Of a DNA stretch of 60,483 bases, positions 1-10,182 are shown piece after piece. Numbering within the stretch: position 1 is the first letter of the stretch; the number at the start of each line of letters is the position of its first letter. A model generated the notes under the pieces. That model ran no database searches. It saw nothing but the letters and a program-made list of their open reading frames with translations, and was not told where the DNA came from. The DNA lies in contig CAZVAJ010000004.1 in NCBI GenBank assembly GCA_964625085.1, positions 367 to 60,849 of the forward strand. The letters are read 5' to 3'. The translations under genes were made by a program, and so were the position numbers. This DNA comes from Candidatus Micrarchaeota archaeon. Lineage in GTDB: Archaea; B1Sed10-29; JAJSAI01.

Positions 1-120
1 ATGTCTTTCAGCATACCATTCTCCTCTTGGGCTTAGTTCTCTTGCCAAACTTTCCTTATACAAATTGATTAATTCGCTAAGTTTTTCTTTATGTTTCACG
101 GACAACATGACACCATCCCA

Positions 121-1539
121 TTAAACAGTATACTTCTTCCCTTCTTTAATCATTTTGGTCTTGGAAGTGAGTTTTCTGAACATTCCGGGGTGCTCGGTGT
201 GGACTGGGAAAAGAATCTTGGGGCTCAGGGTTTTGGCTATTTCCAGCAGGTCTTTTCCTGGAGCATGGCCTGAGCAGTGTGACTGGAACTTCTTGAGCCC
301 GAAGTGCTCGAGCCAGTTCTCCTGCCTGGCCGCGCTTACAGCCATCTCCTCGTTGAACGGCTCGGACAAGGAGTGAATGTAAACGCTTCCCTGCTCTGGC
401 TTGATGTCAACCAGCTGGTTGAAGTACCAGAAGTTCAGGACGATCATGTATTCTGACTGCTTTCTTCCCACGTCCTCTGCGGTCAGGATGTTCGGGTAAT
501 CAAGCCTGTCCCGAATGTAATGGTACGCTGCGTAGTCCTCGTCAGAGTATGTTCCGGTCATTAACTTGGGCTTCATGATCATTATGTTCTCGTCAGTGCT
601 GTCAGGAGCCCTGAGATTCTTGTCCTGGTGGTATCTTTCCAGGTAGCACGCGTGCTTGAAGCTTATGACCATTTTTCTGCCTGTTTCTTGAGCGATCTTG
701 TAGAACGTCCTGAACCTGTCAACGTCCTTGAAGTTGAAGTCAACGATCACGAGGTTCTTTGCCTTGGACACCACTTTCCTGCTCTCCTGGTACACTCTCT
801 TTTCGGTCCTGTCGTCAGAAGGGACGTCCACCCTCGTGCCTTCTGTGATCAGAACGTCAGGCTGGTTTTCTGACGCTTTTTCCACGAACTCCCTGGTCAT
901 TTCGGGCCTGTTCCCGTGCAGTCTCAGGTCTCCGGTGTACACGATCGTGGCGTCAGAAGCGTGTATGATGAACCCGTACGCTCCGGGCACTGAGTGGTCC
1001 ACGTGCACGGGCTCTACTTCCAGGGACCCTATCCTCACTTTTTCTCCGGTCCTGAACGTGTGAAACTTTCTTTCCACAGGAGGCTTCTTGTAATCTTTGC
1101 GGAAAAGAGGCCGTTTCTTGAAGTTAATGATCTCGTTTTCTATGCTCCTCTGGCTTGACTCCTGCACTGCCTCGAGCACTGCCAGGGTGGTTTTCCCGCA
1201 GTACACTGGAATGTCCTCGTGCAGGAAAGAGATGTAGTTAGCATGGTCAGCGTGCGAGTGGGACAAGAGCACAGCGTCAACCTCTGGCTCTTCCAGCTTC
1301 CTGCCAAGGTGCTCCAGAAGGTCTGAACGGTACACTCCTGGAATGTCCGGAACAAGGCCCAGTTCCAGGAAATCTCCCAAACCATTGGCTGTTCTTGGAG
1401 TGAGGAACTCTTCAAAGTACTGTCCTCTTTTCCCAAAACTCATTCCGAAGTCCAGAAATACTTTGGTGTCCTGGTCTTCCAGCAGGATCTTGTTCCCGCC
1501 TATCTCTTTCACCCCGCCGTAGAACGTGAGCGATACCAT
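121..1539 (-). CDS. Metallo-beta-lactamase fold ribonuclease (archaeal RNase J-like)
   Basis: GGVKEIGGN N-terminus, HSHADH metal motif, VDHSVPG, YTGD, HCSGHA and PVHTEH motifs. Confidence 0.85.
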   Translation of the reverse strand: MVSLTFYGGVKEIGGNKILLEDQDTKVFLDFGMSFGKRGQYFEEFLTPRTANGLGDFLELGLVPDIPGVYRSDLLEHLGRKLEEPEVDAVLLSHSHADHANYISFLHEDIPVYCGKTTLAVLEAVQESSQRSIENEIINFKKRPLFRKDYKKPPVERKFHTFRTGEKVRIGSLEVEPVHVDHSVPGAYGFIIHASDATIVYTGDLRLHGNRPEMTREFVEKASENQPDVLITEGTRVDVPSDDRTEKRVYQESRKVVSKAKNLVIVDFNFKDVDRFRTFYKIAQETGRKMVISFKHACYLERYHQDKNLRAPDSTDENIMIMKPKLMTGTYSDEDYAAYHYIRDRLDYPNILTAEDVGRKQSEYMIVLNFWYFNQLVDIKPEQGSVYIHSLSEPFNEEMAVSAARQENWLEHFGLKKFQSHCSGHAPGKDLLEIAKTLSPKILFPVHTEHPGMFRKLTSKTKMIKEGKKYTV

Positions 1540-1587
1540 GACAGGACAAAGAGCAGGAGAGAATAAAAAAGGTTACAGTCCCTTCTT

Positions 1588-2274
1588 TCACAGGAGTATT
1601 TTCAGGAGGTCAGAGAATCTTTCAAGCGTGTAGTCTGCTTCTTTCAGTTTTTTCAGTTTTCCTTCGTAACCGTACTTTGCCCATGCTGTCCTCATTCCCG
1701 CGGCCTTGGCTCCTTTCACGTCCTTTACAGGATTGTCCCCGACAAAAAGGATTTCTTCTGGCGCGAGCCCTGACCGGTTTACTAGTGTCTTGAAAGGCAT
1801 TTTACCAGGCTTCTTCTGCCCTGTGTCATCAAGCGTGATCACACGGTCTTCCTCAAAAATTTTGTCCAAGCCTGTTATCACCATCCTCTGCCAGGCCTTG
1901 TTCCTGGGAGCATCAGTCAGGATCCATAAACTGAATTTTTTCCCCAGCCTTTTGAGCGTGGGAACAACATCAGGATAGGGTTTTAGGACCTTGAACTTTT
2001 TCTTCAAGTATGCTGCTATTGCTGCTTGCTGAACGTGCTCGAACCTGTTCCTTTCCCTGACACGGTACTTTTTCCATAACACTTTACTGAAAGTCTTCTG
2101 GTACTCTATGCCGTACTCATCATAAACATTGAATATGCTGTCTGCGACTTCCTGAGGGTCTGCGTCCAGGCCTGCGTTAACCATGGCCTTGGCAGCCTCT
2201 TCTGCAGTCTCCCTCTTAAACCTCATGAAGTCTATCAAGGTGTTGTCAAGGTCGAACGCTACAGCCCGGAACAT
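1588..2274 (-). CDS. HAD-superfamily hydrolase (subfamily IA)
   Basis: FDLDNTL motif I, KP motif III, VGDNPVKD motif IV; start moved to ATG at 2274 (MFRAVAFD). Confidence 0.9.
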   Translation of the reverse strand: MFRAVAFDLDNTLIDFMRFKRETAEEAAKAMVNAGLDADPQEVADSIFNVYDEYGIEYQKTFSKVLWKKYRVRERNRFEHVQQAAIAAYLKKKFKVLKPYPDVVPTLKRLGKKFSLWILTDAPRNKAWQRMVITGLDKIFEEDRVITLDDTGQKKPGKMPFKTLVNRSGLAPEEILFVGDNPVKDVKGAKAAGMRTAWAKYGYEGKLKKLKEADYTLERFSDLLKILL

Positions 2275-2356
2275 TGAATAACCAAAGGAAGAGGAGTATA
2301 AAATCATATCTGAGCACACAAGAAGTTATATAATGTTCTTTTGTTCATTTTATACT

Positions 2357-2980
2357 ATGGCTGAGGGATCAAAAGGGCGCAGGAAGCGTCTCGAGTATCA
2401 GATGAGAAAGTTCCTCAAGCTTTTTCCAGAGGAGAGAATCAAAAGAGAAAAGAGAGAAATTGCGCCGACTGGGGCTGAAGCGCTTGACGTGCTGCTCGTG
2501 AAAAAAGAGACAGGCGGTAGCAGGGCAGTCAAAGTATACCGGACAGGGTTCAACAGAATCACTAATAGAGAGATCACTCCTGAAGAGATGATAGCCAGGT
2601 TCAAGTTCCAGAAAGAACTTTATTCTAAGGGGTATCCTGTGGCAAGACCAGTGCGTATACTCTTTGACAAGAAAAAAAGGCAGATAATCTGGGAAGAAGA
2701 ACTGATTGGGAACGGGTTGACTTACTACGATGCCATGCGCCTGGCAAAGGAAGGGAAACTGGAAGGAATGACCCCCGAAGATGTTCAAAGAGAATGTGCA
2801 AGGACACTGCAAGAGATCAGGGACGCTATCAAAGAAGAGGGAGGCGAGCTCTCCTACTCGGATGCTTATGAAAGGAACTTGATCTGGGATCCTGAGAAGA
2901 GAAGGTTCATAGTGGTAGACCTTGGAACTTACAAGAAGGGATACTACAAAAAGAAAGAAAAAAAGAAAAAAAGAGGCTAG
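2357..2980 (+). CDS. Protein kinase-like fold protein (RIO/Bud32/APH-like), paralog 1
   Basis: AVKVY (beta3 Lys), GYPVARP, WEEELIG hinge, SDAYERN (DxxxxN loop), VVDLG (DFG-like); paralog at 12123. Confidence 0.65.
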   Translation: MAEGSKGRRKRLEYQMRKFLKLFPEERIKREKREIAPTGAEALDVLLVKKETGGSRAVKVYRTGFNRITNREITPEEMIARFKFQKELYSKGYPVARPVRILFDKKKRQIIWEEELIGNGLTYYDAMRLAKEGKLEGMTPEDVQRECARTLQEIRDAIKEEGGELSYSDAYERNLIWDPEKRRFIVVDLGTYKKGYYKKKEKKKKRG

Positions 2981-3001
2981 TCCTACAACAGTTTTTTCAT
3001 T

Positions 3002-3020
3002 CTGCAGCCTTGGGCTGCAG
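3002..3020. terminator. Hairpin between convergent genes, possible terminator
   Basis: CTGCAGCC-ttg-GGCTGCAG perfect 8-bp stem with T/A runs nearby. Confidence 0.45.
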
Positions 3021-3055
3021 GAATACTAAAAAAATAAAAAGGGGATTTATAGAGG

Positions 3056-3751
3056 TTATACTGATACGTACACGGAGTTACTGTCTTCTCCTACGTGGAC
3101 AGTGCAAGAGACAATGTTGCTGTCCTTTATCTGAACACAGTCCTTTGTTGTGAATGTCATCAGAATCTTGCCGTTCTTTGCTCCTTGACTGACCACCTGA
3201 TAGTATTTCATCGCCTGATCATAATCGCTGAACACTATCTTGAGGTCGTTGAGGTAAGAAATCTTGTTAGTCAGCATGTTCATTGCATTACTTTGCGATA
3301 GAAAGTCCTTGTGCATCTTTGGGAAGATGAACACGTAAACAGTGTACGTTGTTTTCCCTTCACTGGTTTCTATGGAAATCCCTGTACTCAACGGGTGACC
3401 TGGGTTTTCTATTACTCCAGCATATTTTATGGAAACGCTGGTCAGGTCAGGAGTTGTCTGCAGCAGGTAATACGCGTTGTCTGATCCTTCCTTTTGGACT
3501 ATTTCTCTTGTTTTACTAGTGTTCCCGAACCTGTTGAATACATCCTCTTCAGACCTGGAAGGCAATGACACCGTTCTCTCTGCTGAGATGGCTCTTTCTG
3601 TAACTGTCCTTTCTTCTGTCAGCCTATTGTTCGCGGTCACTGTTCTGGAATCTTCCCAGAAAAGATCTCTTAGGCTTATAGAATAAGCTACTGACACGAG
3701 GAGCAGTACTGCAGCAACAAAAGCAAAAGCACTTATCCCTTTCTTCCGCAT
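3056..3751 (-). CDS. Hypothetical secreted or membrane-anchored protein
   Basis: GGAGGTG SD before MRKKGISAFAFVAAVLLLVSVAYS signal-like N-terminus; no family recognised. Confidence 0.7.
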   Translation of the reverse strand: MRKKGISAFAFVAAVLLLVSVAYSISLRDLFWEDSRTVTANNRLTEERTVTERAISAERTVSLPSRSEEDVFNRFGNTSKTREIVQKEGSDNAYYLLQTTPDLTSVSIKYAGVIENPGHPLSTGISIETSEGKTTYTVYVFIFPKMHKDFLSQSNAMNMLTNKISYLNDLKIVFSDYDQAMKYYQVVSQGAKNGKILMTFTTKDCVQIKDSNIVSCTVHVGEDSNSVYVSV

Positions 3752-3845
3752 TCCAAACACCTCCTGCCCCCCAGTAGGCAAATAATGTTTAAAAATTTAT
3801 CTCCAAACAGAATGTGCTTAGCTCCGGAGGAAAAAAAGAGGGGTG

Positions 3846-4985
3846 TTAATCAGCGTGTTTTTTTAGTTCTTCTGCCTTGTCTGTTTTCTCCCACGTGAAT
3901 TCTGGCCGTCCGAAGTGACCATAGGCTGCGGTTTTAGAGTACACTGGTTTCCTTAGGTCAAGTTCTCTGAGGATGTCTGCTGGCTTCAGAGGAAAGTGTT
4001 TTCTTATCATCTGCACGATTTTTTCATCAGGGATTTTTCCTGTGCCGAACGTGTTCACGTGCACTGACACAGGTTCTGCTATTCCTATTGAGTACGCGAG
4101 CTGGACCTCGCACTTGTCTGCCAGTCCTGCTGCCACAATGTTTTTGGCAATGTACCTGGCAGCGTATGCTCCGGACCGGTCCACCTTGGTTGGGTCTTTT
4201 CCTGAGAACGCTCCTCCGCCGTGCTTTCCTATCCCTCCATACGTGTCGACTATGAGTTTTCTTCCTGTCAGGCCTGCGTCTGCGTGAGGGCCTCCGAGAA
4301 CGAACCTGCCAGTAGGGTTAATGTAGTACTTTGTGCTTTCATCAATCCATTCTCCGCACACCGGCTTGATCACTTTTTCCACCAGTTCTTTCCTGAGCTG
4401 TTCCATGCTCACGTCTGGCTCGTGTTGGGTGGATAGAACGACTGTGTCCACTCTTTTTGGTTTTCCGTCCTCGTACTCCACAGTCACCTGGCCTTTGCCA
4501 TCAGGCCTAAGGTAGGATATTTCTTTGTTCTTTCTGGCTTCTGCCAGCCGGATCATGAGCTTGTGCGCCAGCATGATCGGCAGGGGCATGAGCTCTGGTG
4601 TTTCGTTGCACGCGTACCCGAACATCATGCCTTGGTCTCCTGCTCCGAGTTCTTCACCGTCAACTCCCCTGGCTATGTCAGGGGACTGTTTGTCAAGCTG
4701 GACGAGCACTGCGCACGTGTCAGCGTCTATACCATACTTGGAATTAGTGTAGCCTATTCTGCGCAGAGTGTTTCTTACAATGCTTGGAACATCAATCTTG
4801 GCCTTGGTTGTTATTTCTCCTGCCACTAGTACTAGTCCTGTTTTCGTGAGGGTTTCGCATGCTACTCTGCTTTCAGGATCCTGTTCAAGGCACGCGTCCA
4901 GGACCGCGTCTGAAACCTGATCGCATACTTTGTCAGGATGGCCTTCTGCCACGCTTTCTGACGTGAGAAACATTTTTTCCGGCAT
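3846..4985 (-). CDS. metK: S-adenosylmethionine synthetase, bacterial/eukaryotic type
   Basis: [40 protein letters not shown] signatures. Confidence 0.97.
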   Translation of the reverse strand: MPEKMFLTSESVAEGHPDKVCDQVSDAVLDACLEQDPESRVACETLTKTGLVLVAGEITTKAKIDVPSIVRNTLRRIGYTNSKYGIDADTCAVLVQLDKQSPDIARGVDGEELGAGDQGMMFGYACNETPELMPLPIMLAHKLMIRLAEARKNKEISYLRPDGKGQVTVEYEDGKPKRVDTVVLSTQHEPDVSMEQLRKELVEKVIKPVCGEWIDESTKYYINPTGRFVLGGPHADAGLTGRKLIVDTYGGIGKHGGGAFSGKDPTKVDRSGAYAARYIAKNIVAAGLADKCEVQLAYSIGIAEPVSVHVNTFGTGKIPDEKIVQMIRKHFPLKPADILRELDLRKPVYSKTAAYGHFGRPEFTWEKTDKAEELKKHAD

Positions 4986-5064
4986 GAGGGAAAGTATCAT
5001 AAAAAGAATATAAAAAAGAGTTGTCAGGCGAAGAACAACAAACAGGACAGAGAGAAAAATTTGT

Positions 5065-6909
5065 TCATTCTACTGTCACGCTTTTGGCAAGGTTTCTTGG
5101 TTTGTCTATGTCCCTGCCCAGTTCTTTTGCAACATAGTATGCGAGAAGTTGGAGGGGTATTACGTTTAGTATGGGGGAGAGTTGTTCCTGTGTTCTGGGA
5201 ACGATTAGGAGGAAGTCTCTTTCGGATAGCTCTGCCTGGATTTTGTCAGGATCATCCGTTATGACCAAAACCCTTCCTTTTCTTGCTTTTATTTCTTTCA
5301 GGTTGTTCAACGCTTTTTCATGCGTGCTTCCGGTTATTATGAACACTGTGAGGAGGTTCTCGTCTATTAACGCGATTGGCCCGTGCTTCAGTTCTCCTGA
5401 CGAGTAGCCTTCCGCGTGAATATACGCGATTTCTTTCATCTTCAGTGCTCCTTCCAGGGCGACGGGAAAGTTCACTCCTTTGCCCAGGTACATCATGCTC
5501 TTGTACTTGGATATTTCTGGGGCGATTTTTTGTATGACTGGTTCGGTTTCTTGAATTGTTTTCTCTGCGAGAGAGGGCAGTTTTTTCATGTCTTCAGTCA
5601 CCTTGTTTTTCTGAAGAGGGTCTGCGGACAACATGGTCGCGAAGAGGTTTAGGGCAATGAGTTGTGAGGTGAACGCTTTTGTTGACGCAACACCAATCTC
5701 AGGTCCTGCGTGGAGGTACATTCCCTTTCCAGCTATTCTTGCAATGCTTGAACCGACCACGTTAACCATTCCTGCAACGTATGCTCCTTTTTCTTTGACG
5801 TTCTCAAGCGCGTTTTTTGTGTCTGCGGTTTCTCCGGACTGGGATATTGCTATGTACACGTCGTTGGGGAAAACGGTTCTCTCCCTTGACAGGAATTCTG
5901 AAGCGTTTTCCGCCAGGGATCTTATGCCGCAGCTTTGTTCTGTTATCTGTGCACCTATCATGGCAGCGTAATAGCTTGTGCCGCACCCGAGGTAGATGAT
6001 GTTGTTTATGTTCCGCGGCAGTCTTGGAAAGTTTTCCAGGAGCATTGTGTCAAGATGATCTATTCTTGACCTGAAAGCGTTTTGTATTGTTTGGGGCTGT
6101 TCGTGGATTTCTTTCAGCATAAAGTGCGGGTAGCCTGCTTTTGAAATTGACTCCAAATCATACGGGACTTCCTCTATTTCTTTCTCTATGTTCACTCCTT
6201 CGAATGTTTGGATGGAGTACCCTTTCCGGTTGAGGATGACAAGGTTTCCGTCGTCAAGGTAGATGACTTTGTTTGTCCTGTCGACAAAGGGGGACTCGTC
6301 CGAGGAAATGAAAAAACCGTTCTGGTCTATTCCAAGGCACATTGAAGACCCCATTTTCGCGCCTATTATCTCGTCTGAGTCAGTTGAAATCACAAGAAAT
6401 GAGTATGCGCCTTCAAGCTTGGACAGCGTTTTTTTCACTGCGTCGACAAGGTCTCCGTTGTAAAAGTATTCTATCAGGTGCGCGATGACCTCACTGTCAG
6501 TATCACTAACAAAACGGAATCCTTTTTCTTGAAGGCGGTTTCGGAGTGTTGAGTAGTTTTCGATAATCCCGTTATGCACTATGGCGAACTTTCCTGTTTG
6601 GCTGAGGTGAGGGTGAGCGTTTTTTTCTGACGGAACGCCGTGCGTGGCCCAGCGTGTGTGCCCTATGACAATATGCGAAGAGTACTTGAATGAACCGTCC
6701 TCTGATCTTATTTTTCTTTCAAAGCTTGGGATTTCAGGCTCTCCGGGAATGCTTTCGATTCTTCCCACTGATTTTACTATTTTCAGTCCTTCAGAAGCCT
6801 TGAACCCTATTCCAACAGAGTCGTAGCCCCTGTACTCAAGGCGGATAAGGCCCTTGAAAACAAGTTCTATACCGTTTTCTTCTCCTATGTACCCTATTAT
6901 CCCGCACAT
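5065..6909 (-). CDS. glmS: Glutamine--fructose-6-phosphate aminotransferase
   Basis: MCGIIG N-terminus, [35 protein letters not shown]-terminus. Confidence 0.98.
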   Translation of the reverse strand: MCGIIGYIGEENGIELVFKGLIRLEYRGYDSVGIGFKASEGLKIVKSVGRIESIPGEPEIPSFERKIRSEDGSFKYSSHIVIGHTRWATHGVPSEKNAHPHLSQTGKFAIVHNGIIENYSTLRNRLQEKGFRFVSDTDSEVIAHLIEYFYNGDLVDAVKKTLSKLEGAYSFLVISTDSDEIIGAKMGSSMCLGIDQNGFFISSDESPFVDRTNKVIYLDDGNLVILNRKGYSIQTFEGVNIEKEIEEVPYDLESISKAGYPHFMLKEIHEQPQTIQNAFRSRIDHLDTMLLENFPRLPRNINNIIYLGCGTSYYAAMIGAQITEQSCGIRSLAENASEFLSRERTVFPNDVYIAISQSGETADTKNALENVKEKGAYVAGMVNVVGSSIARIAGKGMYLHAGPEIGVASTKAFTSQLIALNLFATMLSADPLQKNKVTEDMKKLPSLAEKTIQETEPVIQKIAPEISKYKSMMYLGKGVNFPVALEGALKMKEIAYIHAEGYSSGELKHGPIALIDENLLTVFIITGSTHEKALNNLKEIKARKGRVLVITDDPDKIQAELSERDFLLIVPRTQEQLSPILNVIPLQLLAYYVAKELGRDIDKPRNLAKSVTVE

Positions 6910-6957
6910 GTGCTTTTAGTTATGTGAAAACAGGTATTTAAACGGAAAAAGAAGGGA

Positions 6958-7491
6958 TTATTGTTTTTCCTGTTCTACTTTTATGATTGGGCTTCCTGGG
7001 AACTTTGCTCCTGCTATCTTCAAGGCTTCTTTTGCTGCTTTCACGTGGTCAGGATTAGCCAACCATATGCTGAGTATTGGTTCTCCTGCCTTGACTCTTA
7101 TTGCTCTTCCTTTAGGCCTGCCGAACCCGTGTCTCATTCCTTGTGATAGCCTGTCTGCTCCTGCACCACTCAGGATAGCGTGCTCTCTGAGTACGTGGTG
7201 CGGGAATTTTCTTACCTTAAAGTGATAGTTTTCTCTGCCAACTGCTTTTTCAATGTGTCTGTTAGTTGCTATCCTGGCTGCTTCCAGCGCATTGTCCCTA
7301 ATCTGACACTTTAGGTCAACGCCGAGGTCTACTCGTATTTTCCACTTGCTTTCCGGAAGCTTTCCCATGTCAAATGATCGTATGCGGGGGTCAGGAACTC
7401 CTTTAACATAAGCCGCGTTGACTTTTCTTTTAGCGGTACGAGAGTATGCTCTGTCCCAATCCCTGTAGCATCTTGCTGGTCTTAGTGCCAT
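6958..7491 (-). CDS. rpl10e: 50S ribosomal protein uL16 (L10e)
   Basis: MALRPARCYR, ALEAARI, GAGADRLSQGMR. Confidence 0.97.
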   Translation of the reverse strand: MALRPARCYRDWDRAYSRTAKRKVNAAYVKGVPDPRIRSFDMGKLPESKWKIRVDLGVDLKCQIRDNALEAARIATNRHIEKAVGRENYHFKVRKFPHHVLREHAILSGAGADRLSQGMRHGFGRPKGRAIRVKAGEPILSIWLANPDHVKAAKEALKIAGAKFPGSPIIKVEQEKQ

Positions 7492-7645
7492 TCTTCATCA
7501 CTACTCCAAAGTATGAACAGTAATGTTAGTTTTCCTTAACCTGGTTTAAAAAGGTTTTCTTCTGGCAGAGGGTACTGCAAAACATCACTCCCAATATTAT
7601 CAGTACAGTAACAGCATTATTTATTTATTAACCTCTGCTTTTACT

Positions 7646-8914
7646 ATGCTCATGAGCCGCAAGCTAAAGAGCCCGAAAGAGATTGCTGAGGAGATAATGA
7701 GAGTCCCCCCCGAAAACAGGACAGACATCTTCAGACTTGTTGAAGAAAACATGCAGGGTTTCGTTCTCCTGGAAATGCCCCGGAGGTCTAGGAGAGAGGT
7801 CATGAAAAACCTTTCAGACGATGAGCTTGTTGAAATAATAGACTACCTCGACCCTGACGATGCCACGGACATTGTCCAGGACCTCCCGAAAAAACGGGCT
7901 AACAAGATCCTGGCAAAGCTGGGGCGCGAGATACAGAAAAAAGTGGAGTTCTTGTCAAAGTTTGATCCGAGGACAGCTGCAGGGCTCATGAGCCTTGATT
8001 ACATAGAGGTTGACAAGAACATTACCTTCGAAAAACTTTCCCAAGTAATAAAAAAGCACGAGAAGAAAACAGGAAAGTTTCCAGCGATTCTCGTGGTGGA
8101 AAACGGTTTCCTGAAAGGAGAGGTACCTCCCCACGTGCTTGCCCTGGCCAAGAAAAAAGAGAAGATAGGAAAGTACGTAAGGAGAGTGCCTTACGTTGAG
8201 CACAACAAGTCAGAGAAAGGGATTGTTGAAGTTTTTAAAAAACATCCTCATGACAAGATCGTGGTCCTGGACTCTGACAAAAGCATACTCGGAGTGATAT
8301 ACTCGGATGACATACTAAAGCTCGTAGAAAAACAATCCGCCCAAAGCCTTAGGGAGTTCGCTGGAATCCGGGAAGAGGAGGACGTGCTTGACCCTGTCCT
8401 GACCAAGGTCCGGTACAGGTACAAGTGGCTCATACTTAACCTCGCGACCGCGTTCGCTGCAGCAGCGGTCGTCGGCTTGTTCCAGGACACGATATCCAGA
8501 CTGGTGATCCTGGCAGTTTACATGCCAATAATCGCTGGAATGGGAGGAAACGCTGCCACGCAAACTCTTGCGGTGACGGTAAGGGGCCTGGCCCTGAAAG
8601 AAATAAACCTTGAAACGGCCAAGCCAGTCGTGCTCAGAGAAATTGCTGCAGGAGCAGTTAACGGTATCATAAACGGGGTTATAGTGGCACTAGTGGCCGT
8701 GCTGTTGAACGCGAGCCCGGTGCTCGGGCTGGTGGCGGCTTTGGCCATGGTAACCAACCTGATGATTGCAGGGCTTGCTGGAGCAGTAATACCATTAATA
8801 ATGAAAAAAATGGGCAAAGACCCTGCATCCTCTGCCACGATCTTCATAACAACCGCTACTGACGTGTGCGGGTTCTTCGCGTTCCTGGGCCTTGCCACTG
8901 TTTTTATGCTGTAA
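7646..8914 (+). CDS. mgtE: Magnesium transporter MgtE
   Basis: N-domain DPDDATD, TAAGLM, CBS pair, GMGGNAATQ and DPASSATIFITTATD transmembrane motifs. Confidence 0.93.
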   Translation: MLMSRKLKSPKEIAEEIMRVPPENRTDIFRLVEENMQGFVLLEMPRRSRREVMKNLSDDELVEIIDYLDPDDATDIVQDLPKKRANKILAKLGREIQKKVEFLSKFDPRTAAGLMSLDYIEVDKNITFEKLSQVIKKHEKKTGKFPAILVVENGFLKGEVPPHVLALAKKKEKIGKYVRRVPYVEHNKSEKGIVEVFKKHPHDKIVVLDSDKSILGVIYSDDILKLVEKQSAQSLREFAGIREEEDVLDPVLTKVRYRYKWLILNLATAFAAAAVVGLFQDTISRLVILAVYMPIIAGMGGNAATQTLAVTVRGLALKEINLETAKPVVLREIAAGAVNGIINGVIVALVAVLLNASPVLGLVAALAMVTNLMIAGLAGAVIPLIMKKMGKDPASSATIFITTATDVCGFFAFLGLATVFML

Positions 8915-8921
8915 TAGAATA

Positions 8922-10118
8922 TTAGCCGCCTTCTACGCCCGGGTCAGAGACCCTGCCCATGAACAGTATTCCTCCTGTCTGCTTGTCTCTGATCATGAAC
9001 ACGAACGGATGGTCTGCAATAAACCTTGGAAGAGGGGGTGATATGCTTACTGTTTTGAACACAATCACGGTTACTGCGGTGGCTTCTGTTCCTTCTTCGT
9101 CCACTTGCACGAATGCCTTTTGTTTCACAACGCTGATGAACAATCCTTCTGCTTTCGTGATGCCGCTGAAGTCTGCCTTGCCAGGATCAAATGGGGCTTT
9201 CATGCCCATAGACTGCAGCGCAGGAATAAGCTGGTACTCTGTCTCTATTTTGAACTTGGGTATCGCGATTTCCTTCAGGCTCGTGTTCTTCATTTCATCA
9301 AGCCAAGTTTCTATTTTTTCTTTTGACAGGCTCACGCTTGCATCGGCCTCCTTCGGTAAAACAATTATCATTGAAAGCCTGTCGTCTGAGTACGGAAGGT
9401 CTAGAACCTGCACTTCGTCATCCTCATAGTACTTGAAGTTCTGCTCTGGTTCTGGGTACAAGTGCATCATTTCCACTGTCCTAGCTCCGTCAGGAGTGTG
9501 GAACAGCTCGCTTTTGGTGTTGTTCGGCAGGAACTGGTACTTCCAAGTGCCCTTGAAGTAAACCGCGTTCGTTAGCACGAGCCTCGTGAGAGGAGGAAGG
9601 CTTTCTAGTATTTTTTCTATTTTCCCATGAGTTTTCTCCTTGGTCCACGAGTTTATCGCGTCAAGGTTGAGCGGGCCTGCTTCTGCGTCATAGTACTCTT
9701 TCAGAGTGTTCAGAAATTTCTTCTCATAAGGGTAGTCGTTCAGGAGCCACATTCCGTTAGCTTCCTCAACGCTTTCTGGAAGCGAGGACATCATGTTCTT
9801 GAAGTACTGCCTGCGCGCGGAATCGTCATCCGAAAGGTGAAGGACGCTTAACATCTCGGTTCTGGTGTTTCCTCTCGCGCCCTCCGCAGCCATGGCAAGG
9901 GCCACGCGCGCGGACTGAGGAGAAAAGAAGATATTGCCTTGCTTTTGTTCCGCGAGCTCATTGTACAGTTCGAAGGCAAAAGTGTTGTTAACCCCTTCCT
10001 GCACAGGATAAGGAGGATGCTGTTCAGGAGGCAAGTTAAAAGCGCCTGCGAAATAAAGGCCTGCAACCACTAATGTTGTGATAACTACTGCGACAATCAG
10101 AATATTTTTCAAGCTCAT
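8922..10118 (-). CDS. Serpin (serine protease inhibitor) with N-terminal membrane anchor
   Basis: NIFFSP, NAVYFKGTW, VDEEGTEATAVT hinge, FIADHPFVFMIRD, ILFMGRV. Confidence 0.95.
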   Translation of the reverse strand: MSLKNILIVAVVITTLVVAGLYFAGAFNLPPEQHPPYPVQEGVNNTFAFELYNELAEQKQGNIFFSPQSARVALAMAAEGARGNTRTEMLSVLHLSDDDSARRQYFKNMMSSLPESVEEANGMWLLNDYPYEKKFLNTLKEYYDAEAGPLNLDAINSWTKEKTHGKIEKILESLPPLTRLVLTNAVYFKGTWKYQFLPNNTKSELFHTPDGARTVEMMHLYPEPEQNFKYYEDDEVQVLDLPYSDDRLSMIIVLPKEADASVSLSKEKIETWLDEMKNTSLKEIAIPKFKIETEYQLIPALQSMGMKAPFDPGKADFSGITKAEGLFISVVKQKAFVQVDEEGTEATAVTVIVFKTVSISPPLPRFIADHPFVFMIRDKQTGGILFMGRVSDPGVEGG

Positions 10119-10182
10119 GAGAAAGTAGAGAATGTGGTGAAATTTAAGGATTGTGTTATTCTTCGGCCAGGAGCGAAAGGGG

